A DNA stretch of 64,000 bases from Bacteroidia bacterium. GTDB taxonomy: Bacteria; Bacteroidota; Bacteroidia; UKL13-3. Position numbers and translations under genes: made by a program. The notes below the pieces were generated by a model. It saw only the letters and a list, made by a program, of their open reading frames with translations, ran no database searches and had not been told where the DNA came from. Shown here piece after piece: positions 10,866-20,191 of the stretch. Location of the stretch: assembly GCA_041675505.1 (NCBI GenBank), contig JBAYTR010000010.1, positions 67,895 through 131,894 of the forward strand. The letters are read 5' to 3'. Every line of letters begins with the position of its first letter. The stretch's first letter is position 1.

Positions 10866-12704
10866 ATGTGTGGAATTGTAGCTTACATAGGTAAGCAGGA
10901 AGCTTACCCTATTCTTATTAAAGGACTTAAACGCCTGGAGTACCGCGGTTATGATAGTGCCGGAGTAGCACTGCTTAATGACGGGATAACGGTATATAAA
11001 AAAGCAGGGAAGGTTTCTGACCTGGAGCAGTCCGTAGGTGGTCAGGACACTACCTCTCACGTGGGCATAGGCCACACACGCTGGGCCACACACGGAGAGC
11101 CTAACGACCGCAACGCACATCCGCACCTTTCTCAGGATGGTGACTTGGCCATTATTCACAACGGTATAATCGAGAATTATGCGCCCTTAAAAGAAGAACT
11201 CATTAAGCGTGGCCACACGTTTAAAAGTGATACCGATACGGAAGTACTGGTGCACCTGATAGAAGACGTAAAGAAAAAAATGGAGGTTTCTTTACAAGAA
11301 GCCGTTCGTATTGCGCTCTCTGAAGTAGTGGGTGCATACGCCATTGTGGTGTTGTCTAAAAACGACAACAACATGCTCATCGGGGCACGCAAAGGCAGCC
11401 CCATGGTGGTGGGTATTGGCAAAGACGGGGAATACTTTATCGCCTCCGATGCTTCACCCATTATTGAGTACACTAAAAACGTTTATTACTTAGACGACAA
11501 CGAAATCGTTTACATCGAAAACGGGGAAATGACCGTAAAAACGATTGACAACGTGGTGCGCACACCATACATCCAGGAACTGGAAATGAACTTGGAGGCT
11601 TTGGAAAAAGGCGGATACGAGCACTTTATGCTCAAAGAAATTTACGAACAACCCCGTTCCATCATTGACAACTTTCGCGGACGCATTCGTTTAAACAACG
11701 CACAAATTGTGATGGCCGGAGTTGACCAGTTTGAACACAAGTTTAAAAACCTGCCCCGCATTCTTATTGTGGGTTGCGGCACCTCATGGCATGCCGGCCT
11801 GGTGGGTGAATACCTTTTTGAAGAGTTTGCCCGCATACCTGTGGAAGTGGAATACGCCTCAGAGTTTCGTTACCGCAATCCGGTGGTAAATGAAAATGAT
11901 TTTGTAATTGCTATTTCACAATCAGGCGAAACCGCAGATACGTTAGCGGCCATTCAAATGGCCAAAGAAAAAGGAGCTACTATTTTCGGGGTATGTAATG
12001 TGGTGGGCTCATCTATTCCAAGGGCTACACATGCGGGAGCGTACACACATGCCGGTCCGGAGATTGGTGTGGCTTCTACCAAAGCCTTTACGGCTCAGGT
12101 AACCGTTTTAACACTGATGGCTTTAAGCATAGCACAAAAACGCGGTACCATTACCCAAAGCCGAATGCGCGATGTACTTACTGAGTTGGAATCCATTCCA
12201 TCTAAGATTGAAAAAGTTCTGCAACTGAATGACTACATCAAAACCATAGCTGAGCAATACAAGGATGCGCGCAACTTCCTTTACCTCGGTCGCGGATACA
12301 ATTTCCCGGTGGCTTTGGAAGGTGCGTTAAAACTGAAAGAAATCTCTTACATACATGCTGAGGGTTATCCTGCTGCTGAAATGAAGCACGGCCCTATTGC
12401 GCTGATAGATGAAGAAATGCCGGTGGTTGTAGTAGCTACCAAAGACAGCATTTATGAAAAAGTAATCAGCAATATACAGGAAGTAAAAGCGCGCAAAGGA
12501 AAAGTAATTGCCGTGGTAACAGAGGGTGATGATAAGGTAAAAGGCATGGCCGATTACGTAATTGAAATACCTGAAGTGGAAGAATCGCTGGCCCCGCTGG
12601 TTACTACCATTCCGTTGCAACTGCTTTCATACCACATTGCCGTAATGCGTGGCTGTAATGTTGATCAACCCCGTAACCTGGCCAAGTCGGTAACGGTGGA
12701 ATAA
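10866..12704 (+). CDS. glmS: glutamine--fructose-6-phosphate aminotransferase
   Basis: MCGIVAYIG N-terminal nucleophile, two SIS domains, C-terminal ...KSVTVE. 612 aa. Confidence 0.95.
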   Translation: MCGIVAYIGKQEAYPILIKGLKRLEYRGYDSAGVALLNDGITVYKKAGKVSDLEQSVGGQDTTSHVGIGHTRWATHGEPNDRNAHPHLSQDGDLAIIHNGIIENYAPLKEELIKRGHTFKSDTDTEVLVHLIEDVKKKMEVSLQEAVRIALSEVVGAYAIVVLSKNDNNMLIGARKGSPMVVGIGKDGEYFIASDASPIIEYTKNVYYLDDNEIVYIENGEMTVKTIDNVVRTPYIQELEMNLEALEKGGYEHFMLKEIYEQPRSIIDNFRGRIRLNNAQIVMAGVDQFEHKFKNLPRILIVGCGTSWHAGLVGEYLFEEFARIPVEVEYASEFRYRNPVVNENDFVIAISQSGETADTLAAIQMAKEKGATIFGVCNVVGSSIPRATHAGAYTHAGPEIGVASTKAFTAQVTVLTLMALSIAQKRGTITQSRMRDVLTELESIPSKIEKVLQLNDYIKTIAEQYKDARNFLYLGRGYNFPVALEGALKLKEISYIHAEGYPAAEMKHGPIALIDEEMPVVVVATKDSIYEKVISNIQEVKARKGKVIAVVTEGDDKVKGMADYVIEIPEVEESLAPLVTTIPLQLLSYHIAVMRGCNVDQPRNLAKSVTVE

Positions 12705-12739
12705 GGTTGGTACCGTTGTGTTTTAAACGGACTACGAAA

Positions 12740-12764
12740 CAGCAGCTACAGTTGTTTAACCAAC
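12740..12764. repeat. 25-bp direct repeat, copy 1 (CAGCAGCTAcaGTTGTTTAACCAAC)
   Basis: Matches 13199-13223 at 23 of 25 positions. Copy 1 is intergenic, downstream of glmS. Confidence 0.6.
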
Positions 12765-12905
12765 TTTTATGTGAATACTCTGTAAACGTCTTTCCTGTGA
12801 GTAATCACAATCAGCCTTATGGTATTGGATGAAATTTTTCAAATATAGTCTTGTCCTTAACATTATTTAAAGACCTTTCAAATGATTTATCAAATTCGAC
12901 AATCA

Positions 12906-13100
12906 TTAAGATTTTAATTTTTTGAGGATGGTGGATTTAGGAACAGTTTTTCCGGTCTTAACTTTATCCATTAAGGTTCCCATCATCAAATCCTCAAATT
13001 GCTCATCCTTTACACTCAGAACATCCGCCCCAAGTTTTTTGGCAAGTTCAGACAGGATTTTATTGCTCTGTTTGTCGGCCCTTATAAGAATTGCACTCAT
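12906..13100 (-). CDS. small hypothetical protein (64 aa) inside the segment bracketed by the 25-bp direct repeats
   Basis: The only ORF in a 500-bp gap. Charged, Lys-rich, no TM segment. No recognised family. Confidence 0.3.
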   Translation of the reverse strand: MSAILIRADKQSNKILSELAKKLGADVLSVKDEQFEDLMMGTLMDKVKTGKTVPKSTILKKLKS

Positions 13101-13198
13101 GATGTAAAGATATTAAAAATGATTATCAGCGAAAGACTTCAAACATTGTTAGCTAACGGTAGAGGAGAAAAACTCATCCATACTTTTTATTTCCGCTC

Positions 13199-13223
13199 CA
13201 GCAGCTAAGGTTGTTTAACCAAC
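13199..13223. repeat. 25-bp direct repeat, copy 2 (CAGCAGCTAagGTTGTTTAACCAAC), spanning the stop codon and last codons of the yjbR-like gene
   Basis: See copy 1. The YjbR-like C-terminus ...ALVKQP-stop is encoded here on the minus strand. Confidence 0.6.
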
Positions 13224-13546
13224 GCAGCCAGTTGAGCAGGTGCCACTTCGCAATAAGCTGAGGTGAGTGCAGCTGTAAACAGACGCTTGCTTACCTTACT
13301 TAGTTCCACCATGGTCCACCCTTGTTTGCCCCACTTATTGTTTACAGGATACACGATGCTTTTGTCAGCCAGTGAAAACAGGTCCTGATTTATTTCAGAT
13401 AATTTAAGGCAGGCCCTGTTGTTTTTTTCGTCACAGGTGGCAAATATTTTTCCCTTTACCCGAAAGGAAATTTTTTCAAAGTGGGCCGCTTCTGTAGCCT
13501 CAGGAAAAGAAAGTGCAATAGTTCGGAAGGCTGCTAAACTCACCAC
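13205..13546 (-). CDS. MmcQ/YjbR family DNA-binding protein
   Basis: 113 aa; ...FPEATEAAHFEKISFRVKGKIFATC... is typical of the YjbR/MmcQ fold family. Confidence 0.65.
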   Translation of the reverse strand: MVSLAAFRTIALSFPEATEAAHFEKISFRVKGKIFATCDEKNNRACLKLSEINQDLFSLADKSIVYPVNNKWGKQGWTMVELSKVSKRLFTAALTSAYCEVAPAQLAALVKQP

Positions 13547-13568
13547 GTGAGCAATGGTTCAGTGTGCA

Positions 13569-14180
13569 TTAAAAATTACCGTACGAGAGGAAGAACGAAC
13601 CGTTGGTAACTGTTTTCGACTGGGTACCTGTTTCGTTGTACAACTTACATGTGAAGGTGCCTTTTACATCCACATAGGTATCGCCAAAGATGCTGAACTG
13701 CTGTGTGCTGGTAATGTTAAACGTTGCCCCGCTTTGTGTACCGTTAATGCTGCTCCACACCTGTCCGGTGGCATCTACATGCAAAATTTCTACACCATCG
13801 GTAGTAGGGGTGGAATACATGTAATTTCCGGGAGCAAAATAGGCTACAAAATCAGCATCATCAGGGTAGGCACCCTGAAAGCTCATTTCACCCTTGTATA
13901 TGCTCACACCTCCTACGGTATTGTCAGAAAAAATATTGGAATAATAGTAAGCGGTAGAAAACTCAGGCAACGGGCGGGTTTCTTTACTGGAGCCGGCTGC
14001 TTGTTCAAAACCGTTTTTTCCGTCAGTGTAGGTGAGGGAACTGCCATCTACGGTAAGGGCAACATTATATCGGTTGGGAGTAGGAGTTGGGGTGGGTGTA
14101 ACGTTGTTATCATCATCGTCTTTTTTACAACCGGTAAACGCCAAAGCCAAAAGAGCTGCAGCAAAGAATAAATTTTTCAT
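13569..14180 (-). CDS. hypothetical lipoprotein
   Basis: MKNLFFAAALLALAFTGCKK lipobox followed by a TPTPTPTP linker. No recognised family. Confidence 0.6.
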   Translation of the reverse strand: MKNLFFAAALLALAFTGCKKDDDDNNVTPTPTPTPNRYNVALTVDGSSLTYTDGKNGFEQAAGSSKETRPLPEFSTAYYYSNIFSDNTVGGVSIYKGEMSFQGAYPDDADFVAYFAPGNYMYSTPTTDGVEILHVDATGQVWSSINGTQSGATFNITSTQQFSIFGDTYVDVKGTFTCKLYNETGTQSKTVTNGSFFLSYGNF

Positions 14181-14367
14181 ACGTATTAAAATTTAGGTAA
14201 GACAAAAATATACTTTTTGGGATAAAAACCACAGGGAAGTGCAAGTTTTTTGAGGGAGCTGTTGTGTTGCCTTTCTGTTTGATAATTTGAAAGAGACCTT
14301 GTGGTTGCTGTTTGCTGAGCGTTTATTTAGGTAGGGTATTATTTTAGCTATAAGCTACATAAAAGAA

Positions 14368-14390
14368 AAGCGTAGGCGCAACCTACGCTT
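14368..14390 (-). terminator. rho-independent terminator ending the AT-rich minus-strand operon
   Basis: AAGCGTAGG-cgcaa-CCTACGCTT stem-loop. On the minus strand it is followed by TTTTCTTTTAT. It sits 70 bp downstream of the permease stop. Confidence 0.55.
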
Positions 14391-14459
14391 AGGTTGACCT
14401 CCCATAATTCATACATGTGGCATAATGCTTTATTCAAATCATTATTTGCAAGCTGCTTT

Positions 14460-15242
14460 TTATTTCCATTTCAGAAGTGTCTTTTCAAAAAGATAAATGA
14501 TTCTCGAAAACAAAAGAGCCAAAAGAATTATGCAGATTACAGCAGCCAAAACCAACGAAACATCATAAGTTCCACCAGCTTTAAAAACCCTATGTCCCAA
14601 ACCTTCGTGGGCTGAAATAAATTCGGCAATGAAGGCACCAAGTAAAGCAAAACTAATGTTCAGTTTAAGCGAATTAAAAAGCCAAACCAATGAAGAAGGC
14701 ACGATTAGTTTTGAAAATATCTGCGTCCGTGATGCTCCAAAGGAGTGAAACAGTTTTATTTGTTGAACATCAACTTGTCTTGCACCTTCATAGGATTGAG
14801 TGATTGCAATTACTACTGTTGAAAGTGCAGCCATTATAACCTTTGCATACATACCAGTTCCAAACCACATTATCATCATAGGTGCAATGGAAAAAATTGG
14901 AATTGCTCCAATTGCAATGATGTAAGGTCTTGTCAAGTCAGCAACTCGTTTTGAATACCAAAGGGAAAGTCCGATTGCTGCACCGCAAATGTTGCCAATT
15001 AGAAAACCATAAATCGCTTCCTGTCCTGTAATAAAAATGTCCCTTGGTAAAATACCATTGGAGATGTTTTCAATCAGCGAATGAAAAACTTTGGATGGAG
15101 AAGAAAACAAAAAGAGTTTCTTTTCAGTAGTTGAAATTACAAACTGCCATAACAGCAAGAAAACTGTTAATGGCAACAAACCCAAAATGATACTTATGAT
15201 TTTTCTTTTCATTGTTCGTCTTGCTTTGGAAGTGATTGCCAC
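14460..15242 (-). CDS. ABC transporter permease, NitT/TauT (SsuC/TauC-like) family
   Basis: 260 aa, 6 predicted TM helices, EAA-like loop region. Overlaps the upstream ATPase gene by 34 nt. Confidence 0.8.
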   Translation of the reverse strand: MAITSKARRTMKRKIISIILGLLPLTVFLLLWQFVISTTEKKLFLFSSPSKVFHSLIENISNGILPRDIFITGQEAIYGFLIGNICGAAIGLSLWYSKRVADLTRPYIIAIGAIPIFSIAPMMIMWFGTGMYAKVIMAALSTVVIAITQSYEGARQVDVQQIKLFHSFGASRTQIFSKLIVPSSLVWLFNSLKLNISFALLGAFIAEFISAHEGLGHRVFKAGGTYDVSLVLAAVICIILLALLFSRIIYLFEKTLLKWK

Positions 15243-15970
15243 ATTTCAGTAAAGTATTTAGAAAACTTTTGGTCTTGCTTAACTGAAATTGGACTTCTCT
15301 TTTCTACATCAAAAGTTATCTGTAATTCCTTGAATGTTTCGTTTGGCTTGTGATTAAAAATTATTGTCCTATCGCTTACTGTTATTGCTTCATCAATGTC
15401 GTGAGTAATCAGTAAAACAGTTTTGTGATTCTCTTTTGACAAAGCATGTATTTGTGCTTGTAGTTCAAGCCTCGTGTTGTAATCAATTGCTGAAAATGGT
15501 TCGTCCAAAAGCATTATTTCAGAATCTAACATCAGTGTTCTGATAAGAGCAACTTTTTGTCTTTCACCGCCTGAAAGTTGTGAGGGATAACTATGAACCA
15601 AATTTGAGATGCCAAAGCGTTTCAAATACTGCATTACATTTTCTTTTGTTGAGGAATTTATTTTGCCTTGAATTTCAATACCGACAATTATGTTTTGATA
15701 AACTGTTTTCCAAGGGAGCAATAAATCCTTTTGCATCATGTATGCTATTGCAGTTCTCCTGTCTGCAATGTGGTCAAGTTTTACTTCTCCGCTATATTCA
15801 TTGTCAAGTCCGATTATCAAGTTGAAAAGAGTTGTTTTCCCACAACCATTTGGCCCCAAAATGGAAACAAACTCCCCTGAACGAATAGTGAGATTGAGGT
15901 TTTTAAAAACCTCAACGTTACCCGTTGGAGTGCTAAATGACTTGGTTATGTTTTTTAACTCAATGTTCAT
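15209..15970 (-). CDS. ABC transporter ATP-binding protein (NitT/TauT family)
   Basis: Walker A GPNGCGKTT, signature LSGGERQK, Walker B LLDEPFSALD-like. Confidence 0.85.
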   Translation of the reverse strand: MNIELKNITKSFSTPTGNVEVFKNLNLTIRSGEFVSILGPNGCGKTTLFNLIIGLDNEYSGEVKLDHIADRRTAIAYMMQKDLLLPWKTVYQNIIVGIEIQGKINSSTKENVMQYLKRFGISNLVHSYPSQLSGGERQKVALIRTLMLDSEIMLLDEPFSAIDYNTRLELQAQIHALSKENHKTVLLITHDIDEAITVSDRTIIFNHKPNETFKELQITFDVEKRSPISVKQDQKFSKYFTEMWQSLPKQDEQ

Positions 15971-17514
15971 TAGTGCTTGACAATTTCCTTTTGTGCATTT
16001 GTAACTCTTGATTTTGCAAATGTCGCTTTAGAATAAATTTGATTAAATATTTTATAGCAATATGTTTCTTCTTTATCTCTCAAGGAAAATTGAGAATTGT
16101 TTTTTTGAATGTTTTGATATTCTTCTTCACTCAAATTGTTGTTTGCAAATTCATGTAGCAAACCCTTTCCTCTTTCAACGCCTCCAATTCCAGCCCCTTC
16201 CATCAAAGTCATTTTCTCTCTCGAATAAATGTAGTCAGGCAATAAATCTTTAAATGCTTCTCTCAAAACAAACTTTGTTGTTGTATCTCCTGTTTTTGTC
16301 TTTGCCACTTTTAAAGACGGATGAATGCTCAAAGCATATTCAACTAAAGTTCTGTCAAGAAAGGGTTCACGAACTTCAACGGCATATTTCATTCCTGTTT
16401 TGTCAACTCTCAAAAGTTGTGTCCTGTATAAATCGTTTAGAAGATTTTTAATTTCATTTTGAAATTCTGTTTCATCAGGAAGGGAAAGAAAATCACCATA
16501 GCCGCCAAATATTTCATCGCTGCCCTCGCCACACAAAACAATTTTGAAACCTTTGTCGTGTGCTAACTCTGCCAATTTCATTGAAAGTAAAGAGCCACGA
16601 ATAGGATTTGGTTCAAATGTCTCAATGGAATAAATCACATCAGGAACATTTTGAAGCAAATTTTCTTTGCTTGTTTTAATATGATGAAACTTCAAATTCA
16701 AATCATTGCAAAGTCGCTTTGCATAAATCACGTCTTCGCCTGAATCTTCACCGACAATTAAAGCTGTAACATCATTGTGATAACTGCAACACAATAAATG
16801 AACTATTGAACTGTCAATGCCACCACTTAAAAAAGTAGCAATAGGCAAATCTGTTTCAACTCTTTTCTTTACAGCCAATTCAACAAGTTCACGAACATTA
16901 TTTGTAATTGTGCTTACTGAATCAGTATTCCATTTTGTGCTTGGCGTTTTATAATACTGGAAAACTCCTTCATTGGTTATGTAGTGTGCTGGTTTAAGTT
17001 CTTCAAATGTTTCTACTTCCAAATCAGTAAAGGATTTCATTTCAGAAGAAATATAAACTACATTCTCACTCTTGCAGTAGAAGAATGGTTTCACTCCAAA
17101 AAAATCTCTTGCTCCGAAAAACTTATTTTGAACGGAATCATAAATTAGAAATGCAAACATTCCTTCTAACTGCTGCAAGAAATTTATTCCGTGTTCTTCA
17201 TAAAGATGAACCAAAACTTCTGTGTCGCAATCTGAAATAAACTTGTGTCCTTTCATTTGCAATTCTGATTTCAAATTTTTGTAGTTGTAAATCTCACCGT
17301 TAAAAACAACTCCTATTGTTTTGTTCTCATTGAAAAAAGGTTGTGTGCCATTTGGTCTGTCAACTATTTTAAGGCGAACACTTCCTAAGATTGAATTTCC
17401 TATTTGAACTTGTTTAGGTGCAGTATCTCCCCGATGCTCAATTTTTTTGAGCATAAACTCCATTTCTGTTTTGCCTTTTGGAGTAGGATTAATAATTGCT
17501 GCGATACCACACAT
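15970..17514 (-). CDS. asparagine synthase (glutamine-hydrolysing) family amidotransferase
   Basis: MCGIAAI Ntn-Cys, PP-loop SGGIDSS, 514 aa. One-nt overlap with the ABC ATPase start. Confidence 0.8.
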   Translation of the reverse strand: MCGIAAIINPTPKGKTEMEFMLKKIEHRGDTAPKQVQIGNSILGSVRLKIVDRPNGTQPFFNENKTIGVVFNGEIYNYKNLKSELQMKGHKFISDCDTEVLVHLYEEHGINFLQQLEGMFAFLIYDSVQNKFFGARDFFGVKPFFYCKSENVVYISSEMKSFTDLEVETFEELKPAHYITNEGVFQYYKTPSTKWNTDSVSTITNNVRELVELAVKKRVETDLPIATFLSGGIDSSIVHLLCCSYHNDVTALIVGEDSGEDVIYAKRLCNDLNLKFHHIKTSKENLLQNVPDVIYSIETFEPNPIRGSLLSMKLAELAHDKGFKIVLCGEGSDEIFGGYGDFLSLPDETEFQNEIKNLLNDLYRTQLLRVDKTGMKYAVEVREPFLDRTLVEYALSIHPSLKVAKTKTGDTTTKFVLREAFKDLLPDYIYSREKMTLMEGAGIGGVERGKGLLHEFANNNLSEEEYQNIQKNNSQFSLRDKEETYCYKIFNQIYSKATFAKSRVTNAQKEIVKH

Positions 17515-17518
17515 TTTA

Positions 17519-18322
17519 TTATTTTTGTTCTTCTTTATTAAAATTTGAAAACCAAGGTCTGCTTCTTATTCCTTTACGAAAAGAGTAAATCTGTAAACTC
17601 GGAAGGTCGGGGGCAATCAATTCTTTTTCTTCATCCGATGTGTATGTGAGAAAAACATTTTGAAAAAAATTCTTTTCTACATACTGCTTTTCAATTTGAT
17701 TCATTGTAATGTAAGCATATGCCGATTCATCAGTTGAATTAAAACGCAAGTCGCCAAAAATTTGATTGTTTGAATATCTGTAAGAATGTTTACCTGCTGA
17801 TTTTTTTAAAAGTTCAAATGATTCTCTACCTTTTAAAAACTCTGGTATGTTATGACTTCCATTCTCATTTATAATTGCATTGATTAATGCATTCATGTCT
17901 TTTAAGTGATGTGATTTTGCAAAAGGCATTAGCACTTCGGACATGAGAACATGTGTGTAATTGAATTCATTTACAACGTTTCTTATCCCTTTGAAATAGC
18001 TTTTGTAATCTTCGGGCTTATAGCCATTAAGCATTGCATGTGTGTCAGTAAAAATTAATGTTAGCTGAGCATCCAATTTGTAATGCTTTTCAATAACTCG
18101 CAGAAAACCGAAAAGATTTAGCAACGCATCAAAGTCGTATTTGTCGGGGTACTTTTTATCGGATGCGCCCCAATATGAAATGAAACGAATATATTTCTTG
18201 TTATGCTTTACTCTTTCATTAACATACTTATCTAACTCCGCAATTTGTTTCTTGCGAACCTCAATCTTTTTTGCTGCTAAAAAAGAGCCGATTGTTTTTC
18301 CGTTTCGCAAATTGCTATTCAT
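17519..18322 (-). CDS. hypothetical 267-aa protein, enzyme-like, no family recognised
   Basis: AT-rich ORF inside the coupled operon. Motifs ISYWGASDKK and LTLIFTDTHAML loosely resemble the catalytic-core motifs of tRNA-dependent cyclodipeptide synthases, but key CDPS residues do not align, so it is left unassigned. Confidence 0.55.
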   Translation of the reverse strand: MNSNLRNGKTIGSFLAAKKIEVRKKQIAELDKYVNERVKHNKKYIRFISYWGASDKKYPDKYDFDALLNLFGFLRVIEKHYKLDAQLTLIFTDTHAMLNGYKPEDYKSYFKGIRNVVNEFNYTHVLMSEVLMPFAKSHHLKDMNALINAIINENGSHNIPEFLKGRESFELLKKSAGKHSYRYSNNQIFGDLRFNSTDESAYAYITMNQIEKQYVEKNFFQNVFLTYTSDEEKELIAPDLPSLQIYSFRKGIRSRPWFSNFNKEEQK

Positions 18323-20189
18323 TGCGATAAAAATATTTGCTTTCGTGTTTTAGTTTAAACAATTCCCGTGAAGACAAAAAAACAATAACTAAACAAATTA
18401 AGAAACAATAAAAAATATAATTGCCATATTTAATTGTATGTAAAACTTCTTTGTATTCTATAGGGTCGCTATTCGGAACAACTTCTTGCCTTGCAAATTC
18501 ATGTTTCAATTCATCTAATTTTGGAGTTTTAGGATGTAAAATGTGAAACATACTTGATGTAATCTCAAGTAAAATAAATAACGAGCCTATAAAGTAAAGT
18601 AACGTGGGTTTTCTTACATGCTTCCATAATGAACTTTCTATAAACAGTCGAAAGTTTTCAACTTTATTAGTGAACAGTTTTAAGAGATATAAAAAGGGCA
18701 ACAATGGTGTTAAAAATATTCGCCAACCTGCCCACTTTTTTGTGTGTAACGTTTTTCTTTCAAGTTCAAAATAATGCTTTTCATTTTGACGATATTCAGC
18801 TAACAAATCATCAGCTACGAACAAACTGTAATCAATAGTTTGAGGAACAGGTATGCCCTCAGCCCTATATCGCAAAAGCGTTAATTCTTTCAAATCATCT
18901 TTAATCGGATTAGTTTTTGAGTAATACAAATTGCCAATATCTCTCCACTCTCTTAATCTATCTACATAGTATTTAAGAATTTCTTCAAGTGAAAATTTCT
19001 CTTTTTTATTATTGATAAGAAACTGGATATAACTTTTAATAGTTTCATCTGCGATTAAGAGGTTAAGCAATTCGTCTTGGGTATCATCATCATATTTGAG
19101 TTTTGTTTTCAGAAAGTGAATTAAGCCCGTTGTATCGCTTTTCTTTAGATACGAATGAATTCTGTGTAAATTTTTATCAATGCCGTAGAGCAACCCTTTA
19201 AGTTTTTCTGAATTTTCAGGTGCATTATTACCTAAGATGCCCGTAAACATGAAACTTTGATCGTTGTCATACGCTAAGTTTTCTAATTCAATAATTTTTT
19301 TGTTTGCTTCTCCATTATGCTTATCAAGTAAGAAATCAATACTTATAAAATCACATGAGAATGAGACAGAATTATTGCAATAGTCATCGTTATCTACTTC
19401 TTCGTCAATGGTTCCATTATTTTTATATGTTTTTTTACTTACTTTACGAAGTTCATATCCAAAATCTTTTCTTTCTTCTACCAATGTAGATGTAGATGTT
19501 TTGTATTGCTCATAATAGATATGACCAATACAAAATCCTGTTGAAGGAGTATCATAACAGATGATTGATTGAGTAATATTTTCTTTTCCGTATTGAGACG
19601 GAAAATTTTGTGGATTCTTATATAATCTACCTAAGTCATTAGACGAACTAGTTAAATCTCCACTTCCTACAGCCAGAAAAGCAATTTTTGAAACTAATCC
19701 ACCAATAACCTTTGTATTGGTTTTTAATATTTTCTCTTTAAAGAGGTTTACCCCATTCTCTTTAAAGACTAAATTGTTACTATTGTCAACATCTAAACAT
19801 TGTGAAAGATTGAGATTAAACTCTTTATTACAAATATCTTTCTTTGTTTTAATGTCAAGCAAGTCCTGAAACTTTTTAAGTTCTGCTTGTAGCTTGGTGG
19901 CATCGCAATGGTTCAAATAGATAAGATGAGATGGGTCGCAAATGGCTGCGTCTGCTAAACCAAGCAAAACGGAAAAGGTTGCAAATCCATCACCCTTTAA
20001 TTTCTTGCTCTGGTCAAACCTGAAATCATTTTTTGTTCCAATTATAACTACTTCTAATTCCGAAAATGGTGTGTCATGGAAATCATTGCCATAGTATGCA
20101 ACATAAAATGGAAGGTATAATACCGTGTCAGTTGATACGGCAATTTCAAGTTTGTCTTTTGTTCGTATGGAAGAAAATCCTGAATCCAT
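18315..20189 (-). CDS. NMT1/THI5/SsuA-like substrate-binding domain (N-terminal, no signal peptide) fused to a C-terminal region with about 3 TM helices
   Basis: N-terminal ...LYLPFYVAYYGN...GFATFSVLLGLADAAICDPSHL... parallels the ...YLPFYIAQEKGFF...AQFGIGDPVFTAISREKG region of the adjacent canonical SBP. C-terminal hydrophobic segments WAGWRIFLTPLLPFLYLL, LLYFIGSLFILLEI and IFYCFLICLVIVFL. Confidence 0.6.
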   Translation of the reverse strand: MDSGFSSIRTKDKLEIAVSTDTVLYLPFYVAYYGNDFHDTPFSELEVVIIGTKNDFRFDQSKKLKGDGFATFSVLLGLADAAICDPSHLIYLNHCDATKLQAELKKFQDLLDIKTKKDICNKEFNLNLSQCLDVDNSNNLVFKENGVNLFKEKILKTNTKVIGGLVSKIAFLAVGSGDLTSSSNDLGRLYKNPQNFPSQYGKENITQSIICYDTPSTGFCIGHIYYEQYKTSTSTLVEERKDFGYELRKVSKKTYKNNGTIDEEVDNDDYCNNSVSFSCDFISIDFLLDKHNGEANKKIIELENLAYDNDQSFMFTGILGNNAPENSEKLKGLLYGIDKNLHRIHSYLKKSDTTGLIHFLKTKLKYDDDTQDELLNLLIADETIKSYIQFLINNKKEKFSLEEILKYYVDRLREWRDIGNLYYSKTNPIKDDLKELTLLRYRAEGIPVPQTIDYSLFVADDLLAEYRQNEKHYFELERKTLHTKKWAGWRIFLTPLLPFLYLLKLFTNKVENFRLFIESSLWKHVRKPTLLYFIGSLFILLEITSSMFHILHPKTPKLDELKHEFARQEVVPNSDPIEYKEVLHTIKYGNYIFYCFLICLVIVFLSSRELFKLKHESKYFYRNE

Positions 20190-20191
20190 AT

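Noticed and set aside
13554-14171. 205-aa plus-strand ORF
   Set aside because: Mirror image of the lipoprotein gene 13569-14180 (-). The minus-strand product has a textbook lipoprotein leader and the plus-strand product has none.
17519-18322. Calling the 267-aa protein a tRNA-dependent cyclodipeptide synthase
   Set aside because: Only two short motif-like segments resemble CDPS cores. The diagnostic Ser/Tyr/Glu positions do not line up by eye. Kept as an untested idea in the findings rather than an annotation.
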